Origin: Microcoleus sp. | GTDB taxonomy: Bacteria; Cyanobacteriota; Cyanobacteriia; Cyanobacteriales; Microcoleaceae | Assembly (NCBI GenBank): GCA_052279835.1 | Contig: CP181291.1 | Span: 2,080,001-2,144,000, forward strand | Length of the DNA stretch: 64,000 bases | Reading direction: 5' to 3' | Shown here: piece after piece, positions 52,145-63,799 of the stretch | Numbering within the stretch: the first letter of the stretch is position 1 | Layout of the letters: every line of letters starts with the position of its first letter | Position numbers and translations under genes: made by a program | The notes under the pieces: generated by a model | Databases searched by the model: none | Told to the model about the DNA's origin: nothing | What the model saw: only the letters and a program-made list of their open reading frames with translations

Positions 52145-55100
52145 TTAGGCTTCCACAGCAATTTTTGGTTCCGAAGCCTCTGGCGATTTCGCTTCACTCG
52201 GTGGCACAACTTGCCAGAATTTGGGCAAATATTCGGCCCAATTTGCCAAAATCTTAGTGGCTTTTTTGCTGTTAGTCCGATCGCGCTGAGCCTGAATCAA
52301 CTCCTTCAATTGCAACTCACCAGCAGCCGTACAAACCCGCTGCATCTTGACAATCTCCCCGTTGACATGAGCTGGGAAAGTCCCATCTTCATCAAGGAAA
52401 TAACCCAAGCCACCAGTCATACCAGCGCCGACGTTGCGGCCGACTTTTCCTAATACGACAATGACGCCGCCAGTCATGTATTCGCAGCAGTGATCTCCAG
52501 CACCTTCAATCACAGCTTTCGCCATGGAGTTACGCACTGCAAACCTTTCGCCAGCTTTACCCGCCGCCAACAGAGTTCCCCCTGTTGCGCCGTACAAGCA
52601 AGTGTTACCAACGATCGCATTTTCGGAAGCCTCATAAGTCGCATCCATCGGCGGTTTGATGACAATTTCACCACCGTGCATTCCCTTACCAACGTAGTCG
52701 TTAGCTTGGCCATCCAGTACCAAAGTCATCCCCGGTAAATTGAATGCGCCGAAACTTTGACCAGCAGTACCACTACAGTTGAGGGTGATTTGTCCAGTAA
52801 AACCGGTGTTACCGTATTGCTTGGCGATCGCACCACTGATTCTGGTGCCGACAGTGCGATCGGTATTCACCAATTTTACACTCTTAGTAACACTGGTTTG
52901 ATTGGCGATCGCGCTTTGAATTTCAGCATCCGCCAACAAATCATCATCTAACACTGGCCCGTTGGTGTGTACGTCACCGTGGATCAAGAAAGAGCGATCG
53001 CTCTTAGTATCAGGTAATTTGGTCAAACAATCCAAATTAATCTCTTGAGTTTTGGTCAACTTCACCCCAGCCCGCATTGTCAGCAAATCACCGCGGCCAA
53101 TAATATCTGCGATCGACTTATAACCCAATTTTGCCAACAAACTGCGTACTTCTTCAGCCACAAAGTAGAAGAAATTGACTACGTGTTCCGGCGTACCAGG
53201 GAAACGCTTCCGCAACTCTTCCTTCTGCGTGGTAACGCCGACGGGACAAGTATTCATGTGGCAAACGCGGGCCATAATGCAGCCTTCAGCAATCATTGCC
53301 ACGGTCCCAAACCCATACTCTTCGGCGCCCATCAAAGCGCCTACAATCACATCCCAGCCTGTTTTGAAGCCACCATCAACGCGGAGTAAAACGCGATCGC
53401 GCAGCTTGTTTTCCATCAGCACCCGATGAACTTCGGTCAATCCGAGTTCCCACGGAGAACCTGCGTGCTTAATCGAACTAAGTGGAGAAGCACCAGTGCC
53501 GCCATCGTGGCCGGAAATTTGAATCACATCAGCATTGGCTTTGGCAACACCAGCAGCGACAGTACCGATGCCAACTTCCGACACCAACTTGACGGAAACT
53601 CCGGCTTTCGGATTGATTTGATGCAAGTCAAAAATCAACTGTGCCAAATCCTCGATCGAATAAATATCGTGGTGAGGAGGGGGGGAAATCAAGGTGACAC
53701 CAGGTTTCGAGCGGCGCAAAAAGGCAATATACTGGCTCACTTTCGGCCCTGGCAATTGGCCGCCTTCACCCGGTTTCGCACCTTGGGCCACTTTGATTTC
53801 GATCTGTTGGGCGCTCATCAGGTACTCTGGAGTCACGCCGAAACGCCCAGAAGCTACCTGTTTGATGGCACTTGAGGCGGTATCTCCATTTTGCAAACCT
53901 TTCAAGTGAGGCAGAGTTGCTGACAAGCCAGCCTCGTTGACATCCTTGAGGACATTGTATCGAACAGGGTCTTCGCCACCTTCACCGGAATTGGATTTGC
54001 CGCCGATGCGGTTCATCGCAATGGCTAGAGTTTCGTGGGCTTCTGGGGACAAAGCACCGAGGGACATTCCGCCAGTGGCGAAACGTTTGACAATATCTGC
54101 TACAGATTCTACTTGTTCGATGGGAATCGAAGGGCGATCGCTCGCAAAATCCAGCAAATCCCGCAAAGCTGTCATCGGGCGATTTTCAAGCTGTTGCTTG
54201 TAAACCTCGTAGTGATCGTAGGCAGTTTCTGAATTTTTGTCACCAATTGGTGTCATTTTTGGTTCGGCATTTTTGCCGTTACCATTAGTTTGAAGCTTAA
54301 AGCTAGTCACAGCCTTGTGTAAAGCCTTGGCCATTTCCGGGCTATTCATGTGATATTCGCCACCGCGGCGATATTGAACAAAGCCGTAATTTTCCAGCTT
54401 TTTAGCGTTCAATTCCGGGAAAGCCTGGGAGTGGAAAGACATCACCTCGTGGGCTAGTTCCGCCACCGTCAAACCGCCGATGCGAGACACAGTGCCTTTG
54501 AAACCCAAATCTAGCAAATCGCCACCAATCCCGATCGCCTCAAAGATTTGCCCTCCTTGATAGCTAGACAGCAGCGAAATCCCCATTTTCGACATAATCT
54601 TCAACAGCCCATTTTCCACCGCTTTGCGGTATTGAGCTTGAGCCGTCGTGACAGTAATATTGGCTACTTTGCCGTGTTTCATCAAGTTTTGAGTCTTGGT
54701 GTCAGCCCACCAACCGCGCACGCTTTCGAGTGCTAAATAAGGACAAACAGCAGCCGCACCGTAACCGATCAAACAAGCAAAATGGTGAGTGCTCCAGCAC
54801 TGGGCGGTATCGACAATTAGGGAAGTTTTCATCCGCAGCCCTTCCTGGATCAAGTGGTGGTGTACCGCACCAATGGCCAACAAAGGCGGAATATAAGTGA
54901 ATTCTGTACTCAAACCTCCTTCTTCATTCCCCCCTTGGGGGGGGTTGGGGGGGGTTTGCTTCGATACTCGATCGCTCAGAATCAAAATTTTAGCTCCCGA
55001 ACGCACCGACTCAGCAGCTTCTTGACAAAGTTGAGCCACGGCATTTTTCAAACCTTCCGGGCCTGCCACAATGTGGTACAAAGTTGACAACACCTTAGCG

Positions 55101-56893
55101 GGGAAAGACTTTTGCTCCTGCAACCAAGACAATTCATTTTCGTTGAGCACAGGAGAATCTATTTTCAGCCGTTTGGCGTTTTCCGGCGCTGCTGAGAGTA
55201 AATTACCCCGCAATCCCAGATTCATCGTCAGAGACATCACCATCCCCTCGCGCAGGGGGTCAATGGGTGGATTGGTGACTTGAGCAAACCGTTGTTTGAA
55301 ATAGTTGTACAGCAACTGAGGTTTTTCTGACAACACAGCCAAAGGAATGTCATCTCCCATGCAGAAAGTGGGTTCCTTCCCAGAGCTCGCCATCTCCACG
55401 ATCACCATATCCAAATCTTCAGCGGTGTAGCCAAAAGCAGTTTGAGTGGCTAATAGCGTTTGGGTGTCGAGGCTTGGGCTTTCGGCAAAAGGTTGTGGTT
55501 CCAAGGTTTCGCGGTGTTGTTGCAACCATTCACCGTAGGGATGTCGCTTGGCTATCCGCTGTTTGAGTTCCCAATTTTTGAGAATTTCCTGACTTTGTAG
55601 ATCGACTGCGATCATTTGTCCTGGCCCTAAACGGCCTTTTTCGACAATATCTGCTTCTGGAATATCGACGACACCTGCTTCGGAGGCGACAATCACCAAA
55701 CCGTCTTTAGTAATGCAGTAGCGGGCTGGCCGTAAACCGTTGCGATCGAGAGTAGCACCTACTTGTTTCCCGTCGCTAAACACCAGGAGGGCCGGACCAT
55801 CCCAAGGTTCTTGAATAGCGCTGTAATACTCATAAAAATCGACAATTTCGGGATAGGAAGCCAAATCCGGCTGATTTTTGTATGCTTCCGGCACCAGAAT
55901 TGTCAGGGATTCCAGGGGAGAACGGCCGGAGTGAACCAGCAGTTCCATCACGTTGTCCAAGTTTGCCGAATCGCTGCTTTCTGAATTGACAATGGGGTTG
56001 AAGGTGTCGATATCAGCTTCACTCCAATTGGGGTGAGCTAAATTGGCTTGTCGCGCCTTCATCCAGGTAATATTGCCCAACAGGGTGTTGATTTCGCCGT
56101 TGTGTCCCAGCAAGCGCATCGGTTGAGCTAAGTGCCAGCGGGGCATGGTGTTGGTGCTGAAGCGTCGATGATATACTGCAAAGGCGCTTTTGTAGGCGGG
56201 ATTTTTCAGGTCGAGGTAAAATTCTCCCAATACGGCCGATCGCACCATACCTTTATATACGATCGTGCGGCAGGAAAAAGAGCAAGAGTAAAAGTCTTGG
56301 CGAGTGAAGTCCGCGAGATTTGACAGGGCGTGTCCGATGGCGCGACGGGTTAGAAATAACTGGCGATCGAGTTCGTCGCCCTGTAATCTGGGTGAACTAA
56401 CGATTACTTGTTCGATTTGAGGTTGATTTTCTAGCGCTTGGGGACCCAAAACTTTCGGGTCAACAGGAACTTTTCGCCATCCCAACAGTGTCAGCCCGCG
56501 CGCTTGCAGGTTTTCCTCAACTACGTGTCGCGCGATAGTTGCTTGGTGTTCATCTTGAGACAAAAACAGCATTCCCACGCCACAATTTTCCTGTCTGGGA
56601 GGGATTATTCCCTGTTCTGCGAACCAAGCATTCAACAATTCCCAGGGAATTCCGGTCATCAAACCAGCACCGTCACCGGAATCGGAGTCAGCGCTACAAC
56701 CGCCGCGATGTTCCAGACAAGTTAAGGCTGGTAAAGCTTTTTGAATTAAGGAGTGAGTAGCTTGGCCGCTTTGGTTAGCAATGAAGCCCACACCGCAAGC
56801 ATCTCTTTCTTCGATTAGCCAGCTTTGACCGGCATAAGGAATTCCTCGATGACCCTGATTTTGATTTTGATTTCGATCGCTCGTGTTGCCCAT
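52145..56893 (-). CDS. glsF: ferredoxin-dependent glutamate synthase
   Basis: [55 protein letters not shown]; no small subunit gene adjacent. Confidence 0.93.
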   Translation of the reverse strand: MGNTSDRNQNQNQGHRGIPYAGQSWLIEERDACGVGFIANQSGQATHSLIQKALPALTCLEHRGGCSADSDSGDGAGLMTGIPWELLNAWFAEQGIIPPRQENCGVGMLFLSQDEHQATIARHVVEENLQARGLTLLGWRKVPVDPKVLGPQALENQPQIEQVIVSSPRLQGDELDRQLFLTRRAIGHALSNLADFTRQDFYSCSFSCRTIVYKGMVRSAVLGEFYLDLKNPAYKSAFAVYHRRFSTNTMPRWHLAQPMRLLGHNGEINTLLGNITWMKARQANLAHPNWSEADIDTFNPIVNSESSDSANLDNVMELLVHSGRSPLESLTILVPEAYKNQPDLASYPEIVDFYEYYSAIQEPWDGPALLVFSDGKQVGATLDRNGLRPARYCITKDGLVIVASEAGVVDIPEADIVEKGRLGPGQMIAVDLQSQEILKNWELKQRIAKRHPYGEWLQQHRETLEPQPFAESPSLDTQTLLATQTAFGYTAEDLDMVIVEMASSGKEPTFCMGDDIPLAVLSEKPQLLYNYFKQRFAQVTNPPIDPLREGMVMSLTMNLGLRGNLLSAAPENAKRLKIDSPVLNENELSWLQEQKSFPAKVLSTLYHIVAGPEGLKNAVAQLCQEAAESVRSGAKILILSDRVSKQTPPNPPQGGNEEGGLSTEFTYIPPLLAIGAVHHHLIQEGLRMKTSLIVDTAQCWSTHHFACLIGYGAAAVCPYLALESVRGWWADTKTQNLMKHGKVANITVTTAQAQYRKAVENGLLKIMSKMGISLLSSYQGGQIFEAIGIGGDLLDLGFKGTVSRIGGLTVAELAHEVMSFHSQAFPELNAKKLENYGFVQYRRGGEYHMNSPEMAKALHKAVTSFKLQTNGNGKNAEPKMTPIGDKNSETAYDHYEVYKQQLENRPMTALRDLLDFASDRPSIPIEQVESVADIVKRFATGGMSLGALSPEAHETLAIAMNRIGGKSNSGEGGEDPVRYNVLKDVNEAGLSATLPHLKGLQNGDTASSAIKQVASGRFGVTPEYLMSAQQIEIKVAQGAKPGEGGQLPGPKVSQYIAFLRRSKPGVTLISPPPHHDIYSIEDLAQLIFDLHQINPKAGVSVKLVSEVGIGTVAAGVAKANADVIQISGHDGGTGASPLSSIKHAGSPWELGLTEVHRVLMENKLRDRVLLRVDGGFKTGWDVIVGALMGAEEYGFGTVAMIAEGCIMARVCHMNTCPVGVTTQKEELRKRFPGTPEHVVNFFYFVAEEVRSLLAKLGYKSIADIIGRGDLLTMRAGVKLTKTQEINLDCLTKLPDTKSDRSFLIHGDVHTNGPVLDDDLLADAEIQSAIANQTSVTKSVKLVNTDRTVGTRISGAIAKQYGNTGFTGQITLNCSGTAGQSFGAFNLPGMTLVLDGQANDYVGKGMHGGEIVIKPPMDATYEASENAIVGNTCLYGATGGTLLAAGKAGERFAVRNSMAKAVIEGAGDHCCEYMTGGVIVVLGKVGRNVGAGMTGGLGYFLDEDGTFPAHVNGEIVKMQRVCTAAGELQLKELIQAQRDRTNSKKATKILANWAEYLPKFWQVVPPSEAKSPEASEPKIAVEA

Positions 56894-57391
56894 GTTGATT
56901 GAATACTATTTCGGTGATTGTGTGGTTGATTCGTTATAACTTGAAAACAGAAGGCCACCCAGCGCTGGGAGTCGGGAAAACCTTCAAACAGCCAAAGCCA
57001 GCAGATTTGATAAAAAATTACATTGATACTGCCAGTACCTAGCTCTGAAACCCTGTTTGCAGTTTCTTAATTATCTCGATCGAATCGCCTCCGAGATGTC
57101 TCATAGAATACCCTGCTGTTAAAAAACACAGTTATTCTCTGGAAAATCGCAGCCTTGCAACCAGGTAAATTGCAGGCCATCGAGTTTTGTGTTTTTTTTT
57201 ACTTAATCCCCTCCATCAGTCTTGCAGTGCGCTGCACTACCAATGAAACCATGTCTTAATATTATGCAGCTAACTACAGCCAACTACACAGCCAAAGAAA
57301 TTAAGTTTATCAATAAAATCCGAAATTTTCACCATTGTGCTGTATGGCGTGTTTGAGCGTGAATTGTTTTAAGTTATCAGAGGTAAAAAAA

Positions 57392-59506
57392 ATGCACAGT
57401 AGAGTCTCGATTGCGCCCATACTGGCGATCGCCCTAGGTTTAGCCTGGAATCTTCCTGGGAAAGCACAACAGGTGGAGATTGGTAGGCTGATGGATGCTT
57501 CCACAGCCCCCCAAGGCATGAATTCCCTGAGTGAGGGCGAAAGTCGGTTACAACCGACTGAAATATTGACAGATAATCCTCTTGAGAGGACTTCAGCGAT
57601 CGGACAGGAGTGGAAACTCCTGTCGGACTCTAACTATAACTTTTTGACTCAATCCCTACCACCAGCAGCCACCATCAAACAAGGCCGCCAAATCTCTCTC
57701 AACGGGCGCATCATTCCCCTAGCTTGGACACAACAGCCCGCAAATAGTATGTTGCCGAACATCCGAACTTGGATTGCCGACATTGGGTTAATGCAATCTG
57801 CCGGAGTAGATTTGCTCAACACCGCCGATAATACTAAACAGCCCGTACAGTGGTTTTCGGTATCTCTAACGGCAGCTCAAAGTATAACAGCGCGATCGCA
57901 GGGACAATATCGTTACTTAGATATCACAGATTTTGCCAGACTTGCCGGTTGGCGGATATCTGCCGATGGTAATACTTTGAGCATCACATCTCCAGTGGCA
58001 AATGTTACAGGAGTGCGGCAAGCAGAGAGAGAATGGGGCGATCGCATCGTGGTAGACCTCGATCGCAGTGCTCCGTGGCAAGTTAACATTGTCGATACCC
58101 CAAGCCCATCCCCAACACCCACACCTAGAGACATTCCAGACGACCCCACAAAGCCCACTCTTGCCCCGACTCAAGCCCCCCCAGCCCCAAACCTCGAAAC
58201 ACCAGACGACCCAAGCAAACCAGCCCTCACACTCCCATTAGCACCCTCGGCGCCAATTATCGGTCAACAATGGTCGATCGACCTCGATGCCAAAATCGCA
58301 CCCGCCATAATTCAGCGCGCTTTTCAAACCAGCAAACAATTACTAGCACTAAAAATCCAACCAACCGAGACTCAAACCAGAATCAAAGTCACCATACCTT
58401 TAGGTTGGCGTCCACAAGTTTTCAGCCTGGGAAATCCCCATCGATTAGTGATTGATATTCGGCCAGATTCCCTAGTAGAAAAAGACATTGTTTGGGCACG
58501 GGGAGTCCGGTGGCGACAACAGTATCAAAACTTAGGAACCGCACGTTTTCCCGTTGTTTCGTTAGAAGTTAATCCGCGTCAAACAGGCCTCAAAGTTAGA
58601 CCAATGTTGAGCAATCCCCCCACCGATAAAGGCACTGCACCTCTGAGGGAAACAGCGGAACTTTCGGGAACGGCGGCTGCGATTAATGCAGGATTTTTCA
58701 ATCGGATCAATCGGTTAGCTTTAGGGGCAATTAGGCGGGACAACAAATGGCTGGCTGGTCCGATTTTGAACCGAGGGGCGATCGCCTGGAACGATGGTGG
58801 CGAAATCTCGATCGCCCGTTTGACTTTGCAAGAAACCTTGATAACTCCGACAAATCAACGTTTATCTATTTCTCACCTCAATAGTGCTTACGTGCAAGCT
58901 GGAATCGGCCGCTACAATCCCGATTGGGGAACGACTTATACTCCGTTTTCTGACAATGAGATAGTTGTGACTGTTGTGGGCGATCGCGTTGTGGGCCAAG
59001 TTCCCTCTGGTGCGACGGGAAAAACAGCGTTTCCAGTACCAGCCAACGGTTATATTTTAGCATTGCGTTCCAATTTGTCGATCGCCTCTCAACTGACACC
59101 AGGCACTTTATTACGTCTGGAAACTCAGACAATTCCGTCAGAGTTCAGTGCTTTTCCTTACATTTTAGGTGGCGGGCCATTGTTGGTAAAAAACAGTAGA
59201 ATTGTGCTGAATCCGCAGGCGGAAGGGTTTAGCGATGCCTATGTAAGACAGACGGCGATTAGGAGTGCGATCGGACACAATGCAGCGGGTAATTTGCTGA
59301 TTGTAACCGTGCACAATCGGGCGGGGGGGGCGGGACCAAATTTCGCAGAACTCGCGCAGATATTGCAACAAATGGGGGCTGTGGAGGCTTTAAATTTGGA
59401 TGGGGGAAGTTCGACGAGTTTGTATTTGGGAGGGAATTTAGTCGATCGACCTTTGTCTACGGCGGCGAGAGTTCATAATGCGATCGGAATATTCATTCAA
59501 CCCTAG
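57392..59506 (+). CDS. exported phosphodiester glycosidase (NAGPA-like) family protein
   Basis: Signal peptide; AAINAGFF, GGGPLLV, RSAIG, ALNLDGGSST. Confidence 0.85.
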   Translation: MHSRVSIAPILAIALGLAWNLPGKAQQVEIGRLMDASTAPQGMNSLSEGESRLQPTEILTDNPLERTSAIGQEWKLLSDSNYNFLTQSLPPAATIKQGRQISLNGRIIPLAWTQQPANSMLPNIRTWIADIGLMQSAGVDLLNTADNTKQPVQWFSVSLTAAQSITARSQGQYRYLDITDFARLAGWRISADGNTLSITSPVANVTGVRQAEREWGDRIVVDLDRSAPWQVNIVDTPSPSPTPTPRDIPDDPTKPTLAPTQAPPAPNLETPDDPSKPALTLPLAPSAPIIGQQWSIDLDAKIAPAIIQRAFQTSKQLLALKIQPTETQTRIKVTIPLGWRPQVFSLGNPHRLVIDIRPDSLVEKDIVWARGVRWRQQYQNLGTARFPVVSLEVNPRQTGLKVRPMLSNPPTDKGTAPLRETAELSGTAAAINAGFFNRINRLALGAIRRDNKWLAGPILNRGAIAWNDGGEISIARLTLQETLITPTNQRLSISHLNSAYVQAGIGRYNPDWGTTYTPFSDNEIVVTVVGDRVVGQVPSGATGKTAFPVPANGYILALRSNLSIASQLTPGTLLRLETQTIPSEFSAFPYILGGGPLLVKNSRIVLNPQAEGFSDAYVRQTAIRSAIGHNAAGNLLIVTVHNRAGGAGPNFAELAQILQQMGAVEALNLDGGSSTSLYLGGNLVDRPLSTAARVHNAIGIFIQP

Positions 59507-60108
59507 TTTGGGAGAAAAATATGTCATTAATTTGACACCAATCAGAACCCCCGGAACCTACCCCCAATCATCTCCGTCACAACTCTTGTTCTGGCGATCG
59601 CCCTATCTCAAGTAAAAATTTTTTGAGCAAGATTACTTACTGGTTAAAAATGATACTACACCCAATACGATCCTGTTGACAATAAACTGCGAGCGTATAA
59701 GATGTGTAGAATATTTTCTCTATGTATCAGTGACTTAGCTTTGCCCAAATTGACTGTGACTTTTATAACTTATGTAGTCATATTTCGTCAGTGTAATAGC
59801 GACTTTTAGTAGCCCTGGTTACGGAAAAAGATGTTTTTCTAACAACTAACATCTCATGCTTTAGTCAAGGAACTATCACCAGAATTACCCTAAAAGACTG
59901 ATGAAATTTAGAGTTACATAAGCTATAGTAGGCACTATCAACAAATTTCTCTTTCACAGACCCAATCAATGCTGAAAGTCTAGGGAATAGATCCCTATGC
60001 CACAGTAATCTTATCGGATTATCCTGGTCAATTAACTGATGACTAACCAGGATATATTTGATATTGATAAATGTCCACAAACAAACACAAAAAAAGTAGG
60101 AGTTAGTA

Positions 60109-60681
60109 ATGTTTAAACTGCAAATTAATGACGTTAAGTTAGTATCAGCAGTGGGTATCGATTATAGCAATTTGCGTAATTTGTTAGAGGCTAAAAAGTG
60201 GCAACAGGCAGACGAAGAAACTACTAAATTGATGCTGCGGGCTGCCAAATGCGAAGAAAAAGGATGGCTGGATAGAGAAAGCATTGAAGAATTTCCCTGC
60301 GAGGACTTGCATACCATCGACCAACTTTGGGAAGAATATTCCAACGGTCACTTTGGCTTTAGCGTACAAAATCGTATTTATCAAAGTCTGGGGGGAAGCA
60401 ATGAATATGATAGCGATGTTTGGGAGACTTTTCGTTACATAGTGGGCTGGGTAAAAAAAGGTCAAAGGCTCTACTACAACGACCTCACTTTTAGTGAAAA
60501 AGCACCAGCAGCTCACCTCCCAGTTGTGGGATTGTTTGTGGGCTTTGTGGGGAAGGGAATTAACTCGGACTCTTTCGAGGGACAGTGTGCGCTCATGGCC
60601 GGTTTGGGAGGGGTTGTTTTTGATGCTCTCGCATCAAGACTCTTGAGCTGTAACCAATCAGTTCCAGTTTTACCCGAATGA
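60109..60681 (+). CDS. GUN4-like domain protein
   Basis: GIDYSNLRNLLEAKKWQQADEET, FPCEDLHTIDQLW..YSNGHFGFSVQ. Confidence 0.88.
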   Translation: MFKLQINDVKLVSAVGIDYSNLRNLLEAKKWQQADEETTKLMLRAAKCEEKGWLDRESIEEFPCEDLHTIDQLWEEYSNGHFGFSVQNRIYQSLGGSNEYDSDVWETFRYIVGWVKKGQRLYYNDLTFSEKAPAAHLPVVGLFVGFVGKGINSDSFEGQCALMAGLGGVVFDALASRLLSCNQSVPVLPE

Positions 60682-60818
60682 TTATTGACTGTTGACTGTG
60701 AGTCAAAAAACTGAAATTTTCCATGAAATATTGTGGTGGTTTGAATCGATTTTTAGAATTTTATTTTTCAGGGTAGGCCGACTTAGGTCAGTAATTATTG
60801 CCTAGTATATCACAGCTA

Positions 60819-60854
60819 AAACCCAGACTTATTCACCAAATAAGTCTGGGTTTT
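60819..60854. terminator. hairpin between convergent genes
   Basis: AAACCCAGACTTATT/AATAAGTCTGGGTTT. Confidence 0.55.
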
Positions 60855-60873
60855 ACGATGGTGTTTACACAAA

Positions 60874-62007
60874 TCAATCAGACATCACAGATAACACATA
60901 TTCTCCTTGATTTACTGACTGATTGGTCGAAACATCAAAAATAAAAAGATCCGACTCAGCACAAACATCGACTAAAGTGGGAAAATCTCCATGTTTGTGA
61001 AAGCACAGAATTTGATAAAGCCGATCGCCCTTTTTGACAAAACTCCCCAATTTCACTCGATTTTGAATCATCCCGCCCGCAGGCGCGTAATATTCTTTTA
61101 CCAAATTCTTGGGGGTAAAAATGACTTGATGATTCGCAATTTCGGGAAGCGGAAATCCATCTATTTTCAATAAACCCTTACTGGCTAAGTAATTTTTGAT
61201 TCCCCGTAACCCCTTCGCCACCGATTCAGGATTGATTTCCATCCCCGAACCCAATTCTAGAGTCCAAGATTCAATATCAAAGGAAATCGGACTCCCCAAC
61301 TCCCCTAAAATCCTCTCCAAAGCCAGCCAAGGTTTGAGAAATGCCTCATCAAAAGCATCCCCATCATACTCGTTCATCAAGATGGCGCGATCGAGCAAAA
61401 AAGCTTTGGCACTCTCCTCGCGAGAACTAAAACAATAAAGGTAATCTAAACTTTGATTCGTGGAACTGTGCAAGTCGAACACATAGTCAGCATCCAAACA
61501 CAAAGATTGTAGCTGGTATCGGAAAAGTTCCCTGTAGGGGAGACAACTAGGAGCGTTAATTTTGGCCAACTCTTGGGCAAAACTCAAAGCCATTGCATTT
61601 CTGTAATTAACTTTAACAGTATCGGCATCCAGATTTATCTGAGACTGAGCAAAGCCCAGAATATCTTCCCCTTGCTTTTCAAAATCCCAGAAAATTCGGT
61701 TCCAATTTACCCCATCATAAAGATTGTATCGACCAGGGGAAAAATGGTGCGATCGCTGGCTGACACCCACAGGATTACAAACAGGAACTAGCCAAATTTC
61801 CCCGATTAACTCAGTGGAGTCCAAACACCTTAAAAATTCAATCAATTGGTAAATAACCGCATTACCGCTAATCTCAGCGCCGTGGAGGTTAGATTGAAGA
61901 TAAGCCTTTTTGCCCGGAATCGCACCTTGGAATTGATAAACTTGCAGCGAAAGTCGATCGCCCGAAGCAAGCTGCACCACAGGAATAGTCGAAATAATAG
62001 GAATCAT
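60874..62007 (-). CDS. succinylglutamate desuccinylase/aspartoacylase family protein
   Basis: [30 protein letters not shown] at 62007 preferred over the repeat-derived extension. Confidence 0.87.
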   Translation of the reverse strand: MIPIISTIPVVQLASGDRLSLQVYQFQGAIPGKKAYLQSNLHGAEISGNAVIYQLIEFLRCLDSTELIGEIWLVPVCNPVGVSQRSHHFSPGRYNLYDGVNWNRIFWDFEKQGEDILGFAQSQINLDADTVKVNYRNAMALSFAQELAKINAPSCLPYRELFRYQLQSLCLDADYVFDLHSSTNQSLDYLYCFSSREESAKAFLLDRAILMNEYDGDAFDEAFLKPWLALERILGELGSPISFDIESWTLELGSGMEINPESVAKGLRGIKNYLASKGLLKIDGFPLPEIANHQVIFTPKNLVKEYYAPAGGMIQNRVKLGSFVKKGDRLYQILCFHKHGDFPTLVDVCAESDLFIFDVSTNQSVNQGEYVLSVMSD

Positions 62008-62028
62008 AGACAACCAGAGGAGGAAAGT

Positions 62029-62095
62029 GGGAATTGGGAATCGGGAATTGGGAATTGGGAATTGGGAATTGGGAATTGGGAATTGGGAATTGGGC
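62029..62095. repeat. Heptamer tandem repeat (GGGAATT)n
   Basis: About 9 copies directly visible. Confidence 0.9.
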
Positions 62096-62225
62096 ATAGT
62101 TTATTCCGGACTTCCTGCTTCCAGAATTTCCCGCCATCCTTCATCCCCCCTTGGGGGGGGCAGGGGGGGGTAGCGTGCAGCGGGGGGCAGGGGTGGGTGA
62201 CTTCTTCCTTGTTTAAATAGACACT

Positions 62226-62271
62226 GGAAGCAAGCGCTCTATCGGCTAGCGATGAGCGTCGGGTAGTTTAC
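62226..62271 (+). mobile_element. Orphan IS200/IS605 right-end-like sequence
   Basis: GGAAGCAAGCGCTC...GAGCGTCGGGTAGTTTAC resembles the right end GGAAGCCCCCG...GGTGGGTAGTTCAT at 63676-63722. Confidence 0.55.
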
Positions 62272-62444
62272 ATAGCCGATTTGCTAGAGAAGGTTTAACT
62301 AGACAGACGGGAATTCCCCCGCTATAGGTGTACTCACTGTCTTCGGTGGGACGGGCGGCTCGTGAGAAGACGATTGCGCCGCTCACTATATGTGATGCGC
62401 AGCCAGCAGTAGATGAGCGGTGCATGAGGAAGCGAACAAATTCT

Positions 62445-62473
62445 TTGCATTTTTATATGATCCTTGATACAAT
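62445..62473 (+). promoter_or_regulatory. sigma70-like promoter for second tnpB
   Basis: TTGCAT-N17-TACAAT with extended -10 TG. Confidence 0.55.
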
Positions 62474-62496
62474 CTTACCAGAGAAGCCGATCGCCG

Positions 62497-63717
62497 ATGC
62501 CGATAATGTATCAAGCCTATAAGTTCCGAATCTATCCGACCACCGAGCAGCAGACGTATTTTGCGGGTGCTTTCGGTTGTTGTCGTTGGTTCTGGAATTA
62601 TAGTTTGAATCTGTGTCAGCAAACCTATAAAGATACGGGCAAAGGGTTAAGCAGAAGTGTAATTCAAGGATTACTCCCAAATCTCAAAAAAGAGTACCCT
62701 TGGTTGACAAATGCTTATTCTCAATCACTCCAAGTAGTCGCACTAAACCTGTCTAGTGCTTACAAGAACTTCTTCGACAAACGCGGTGGTTTTCCTAGCT
62801 TCAAGTCGAAGCATGGTAGACAGTCTATTAGTTATCCTCAGAATGTCAAAGTAGGTACAAGTTCTATCAAATTACCTATCATTGGCGAGGTGCATTGCAT
62901 AATCCACAGAACATTAGATGGCACTGTCAAAACCGTTACTATTTCCCAAAATACTGATGGTAAATACTATGCCTCGCTCTTGGTTGATGATGGACGAAAA
63001 ACACCGGAAAGTGATACTAATGGCAAGGCTATTGGTTTAGATGTTGGTCTGATAGACTTGGTTGTAACCAGTGATGGTAATAAGTATGCGAATCCTAAGC
63101 ACCTCAAGAAGCATAGCCGCAATCTAAAGCGTAAGCAACAAAAACTAAGTCGTAAACAAAAAGGGAGTAAGACAAGATATAAGGCTAAACGATTATTAGC
63201 CAGAGTTCATTCAAAAATCCCAAGAGTCCGGGTCGATTTTCTACACAAACTATCCCGCAAGATAGTGGACGAAAACCAAGTCATTGCCGTAGAAAATCTG
63301 AATGTCAAAGGCATGGTACGTAATCCTTGTCTAGCTAAAGCGATTAGTGATGCTGGATGGGGGATGTTTGGGACAATGCTCAAGTATAAAGCTGAGAAAT
63401 TAGGAAAAATCTACATTGAGATAGACCGCTTTTTCCCTAGCTCCAAGACTTGTAATAATTGTCTCTACAAAGTATCGGAAATGCCCTTGAACCTGCGTCA
63501 TTGGGATTGCCCTGAGTGTCATAGTCGCAATGATAGAGATATCAATGCGGCCAGGAATATCAGGGATGAAGCCTTGCGGATTCTTGCATTAGGAACTAGT
63601 GCTGCTGCCAATGGACGGAATGTAAGTCAACCTGGTAAGACTTCGGTATTGCTAGATGCTATTCCGGTTGAAGTTGGAAGCCCCCGTCATAGCGTACTCG
63701 CGCGGGCAGGTGGGTAG
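62497..63717 (+). CDS. tnpB: RNA-guided endonuclease TnpB
   Basis: QAYKFRIYPT; IGLDVG, AVENL, DRDINAA; SKTCNNC...WDCPEC; start ATG62497 or ATG62506. Confidence 0.95.
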   Translation: MPIMYQAYKFRIYPTTEQQTYFAGAFGCCRWFWNYSLNLCQQTYKDTGKGLSRSVIQGLLPNLKKEYPWLTNAYSQSLQVVALNLSSAYKNFFDKRGGFPSFKSKHGRQSISYPQNVKVGTSSIKLPIIGEVHCIIHRTLDGTVKTVTISQNTDGKYYASLLVDDGRKTPESDTNGKAIGLDVGLIDLVVTSDGNKYANPKHLKKHSRNLKRKQQKLSRKQKGSKTRYKAKRLLARVHSKIPRVRVDFLHKLSRKIVDENQVIAVENLNVKGMVRNPCLAKAISDAGWGMFGTMLKYKAEKLGKIYIEIDRFFPSSKTCNNCLYKVSEMPLNLRHWDCPECHSRNDRDINAARNIRDEALRILALGTSAAANGRNVSQPGKTSVLLDAIPVEVGSPRHSVLARAGG

Positions 63718-63799
63718 TTCATAATCAACATAGTCCTCTGCTGCCTTGCTGTAAGCAAGATTGAAGCACACCTACTCTAAAACCTTAATAATAATCCCA

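Larger units (their letters stand above)
62299..63722 (+). mobile_element. IS200/IS605-family tnpB-only element
   Basis: Similar subterminal palindromes CCCCCGCTATAGGTGTACTC...GGTGGG (left) and CCCCCGTCATAGCGTACTC...GGTGGG (right); candidate target motif TTTAA at 62294-62298; left boundary less certain. Confidence 0.75.

Noticed and set aside
53045..56760. Many antisense ORFs over glsF, gcvP and other long genes
   Set aside because: Shadow ORFs of strongly coding genes, with no independent motifs.
56894..57300. Glutamine riboswitch or NtcA site upstream of glsF
   Set aside because: Some hairpins present, but no glnA-motif consensus or convincing GTA-N8-TAC found by eye.
62008..62097. N-terminal PNSQFPI repeats of the desuccinylase ORF
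   Set aside because: Translation of a heptamer tandem repeat; ATG at 62007 gives a normal start.
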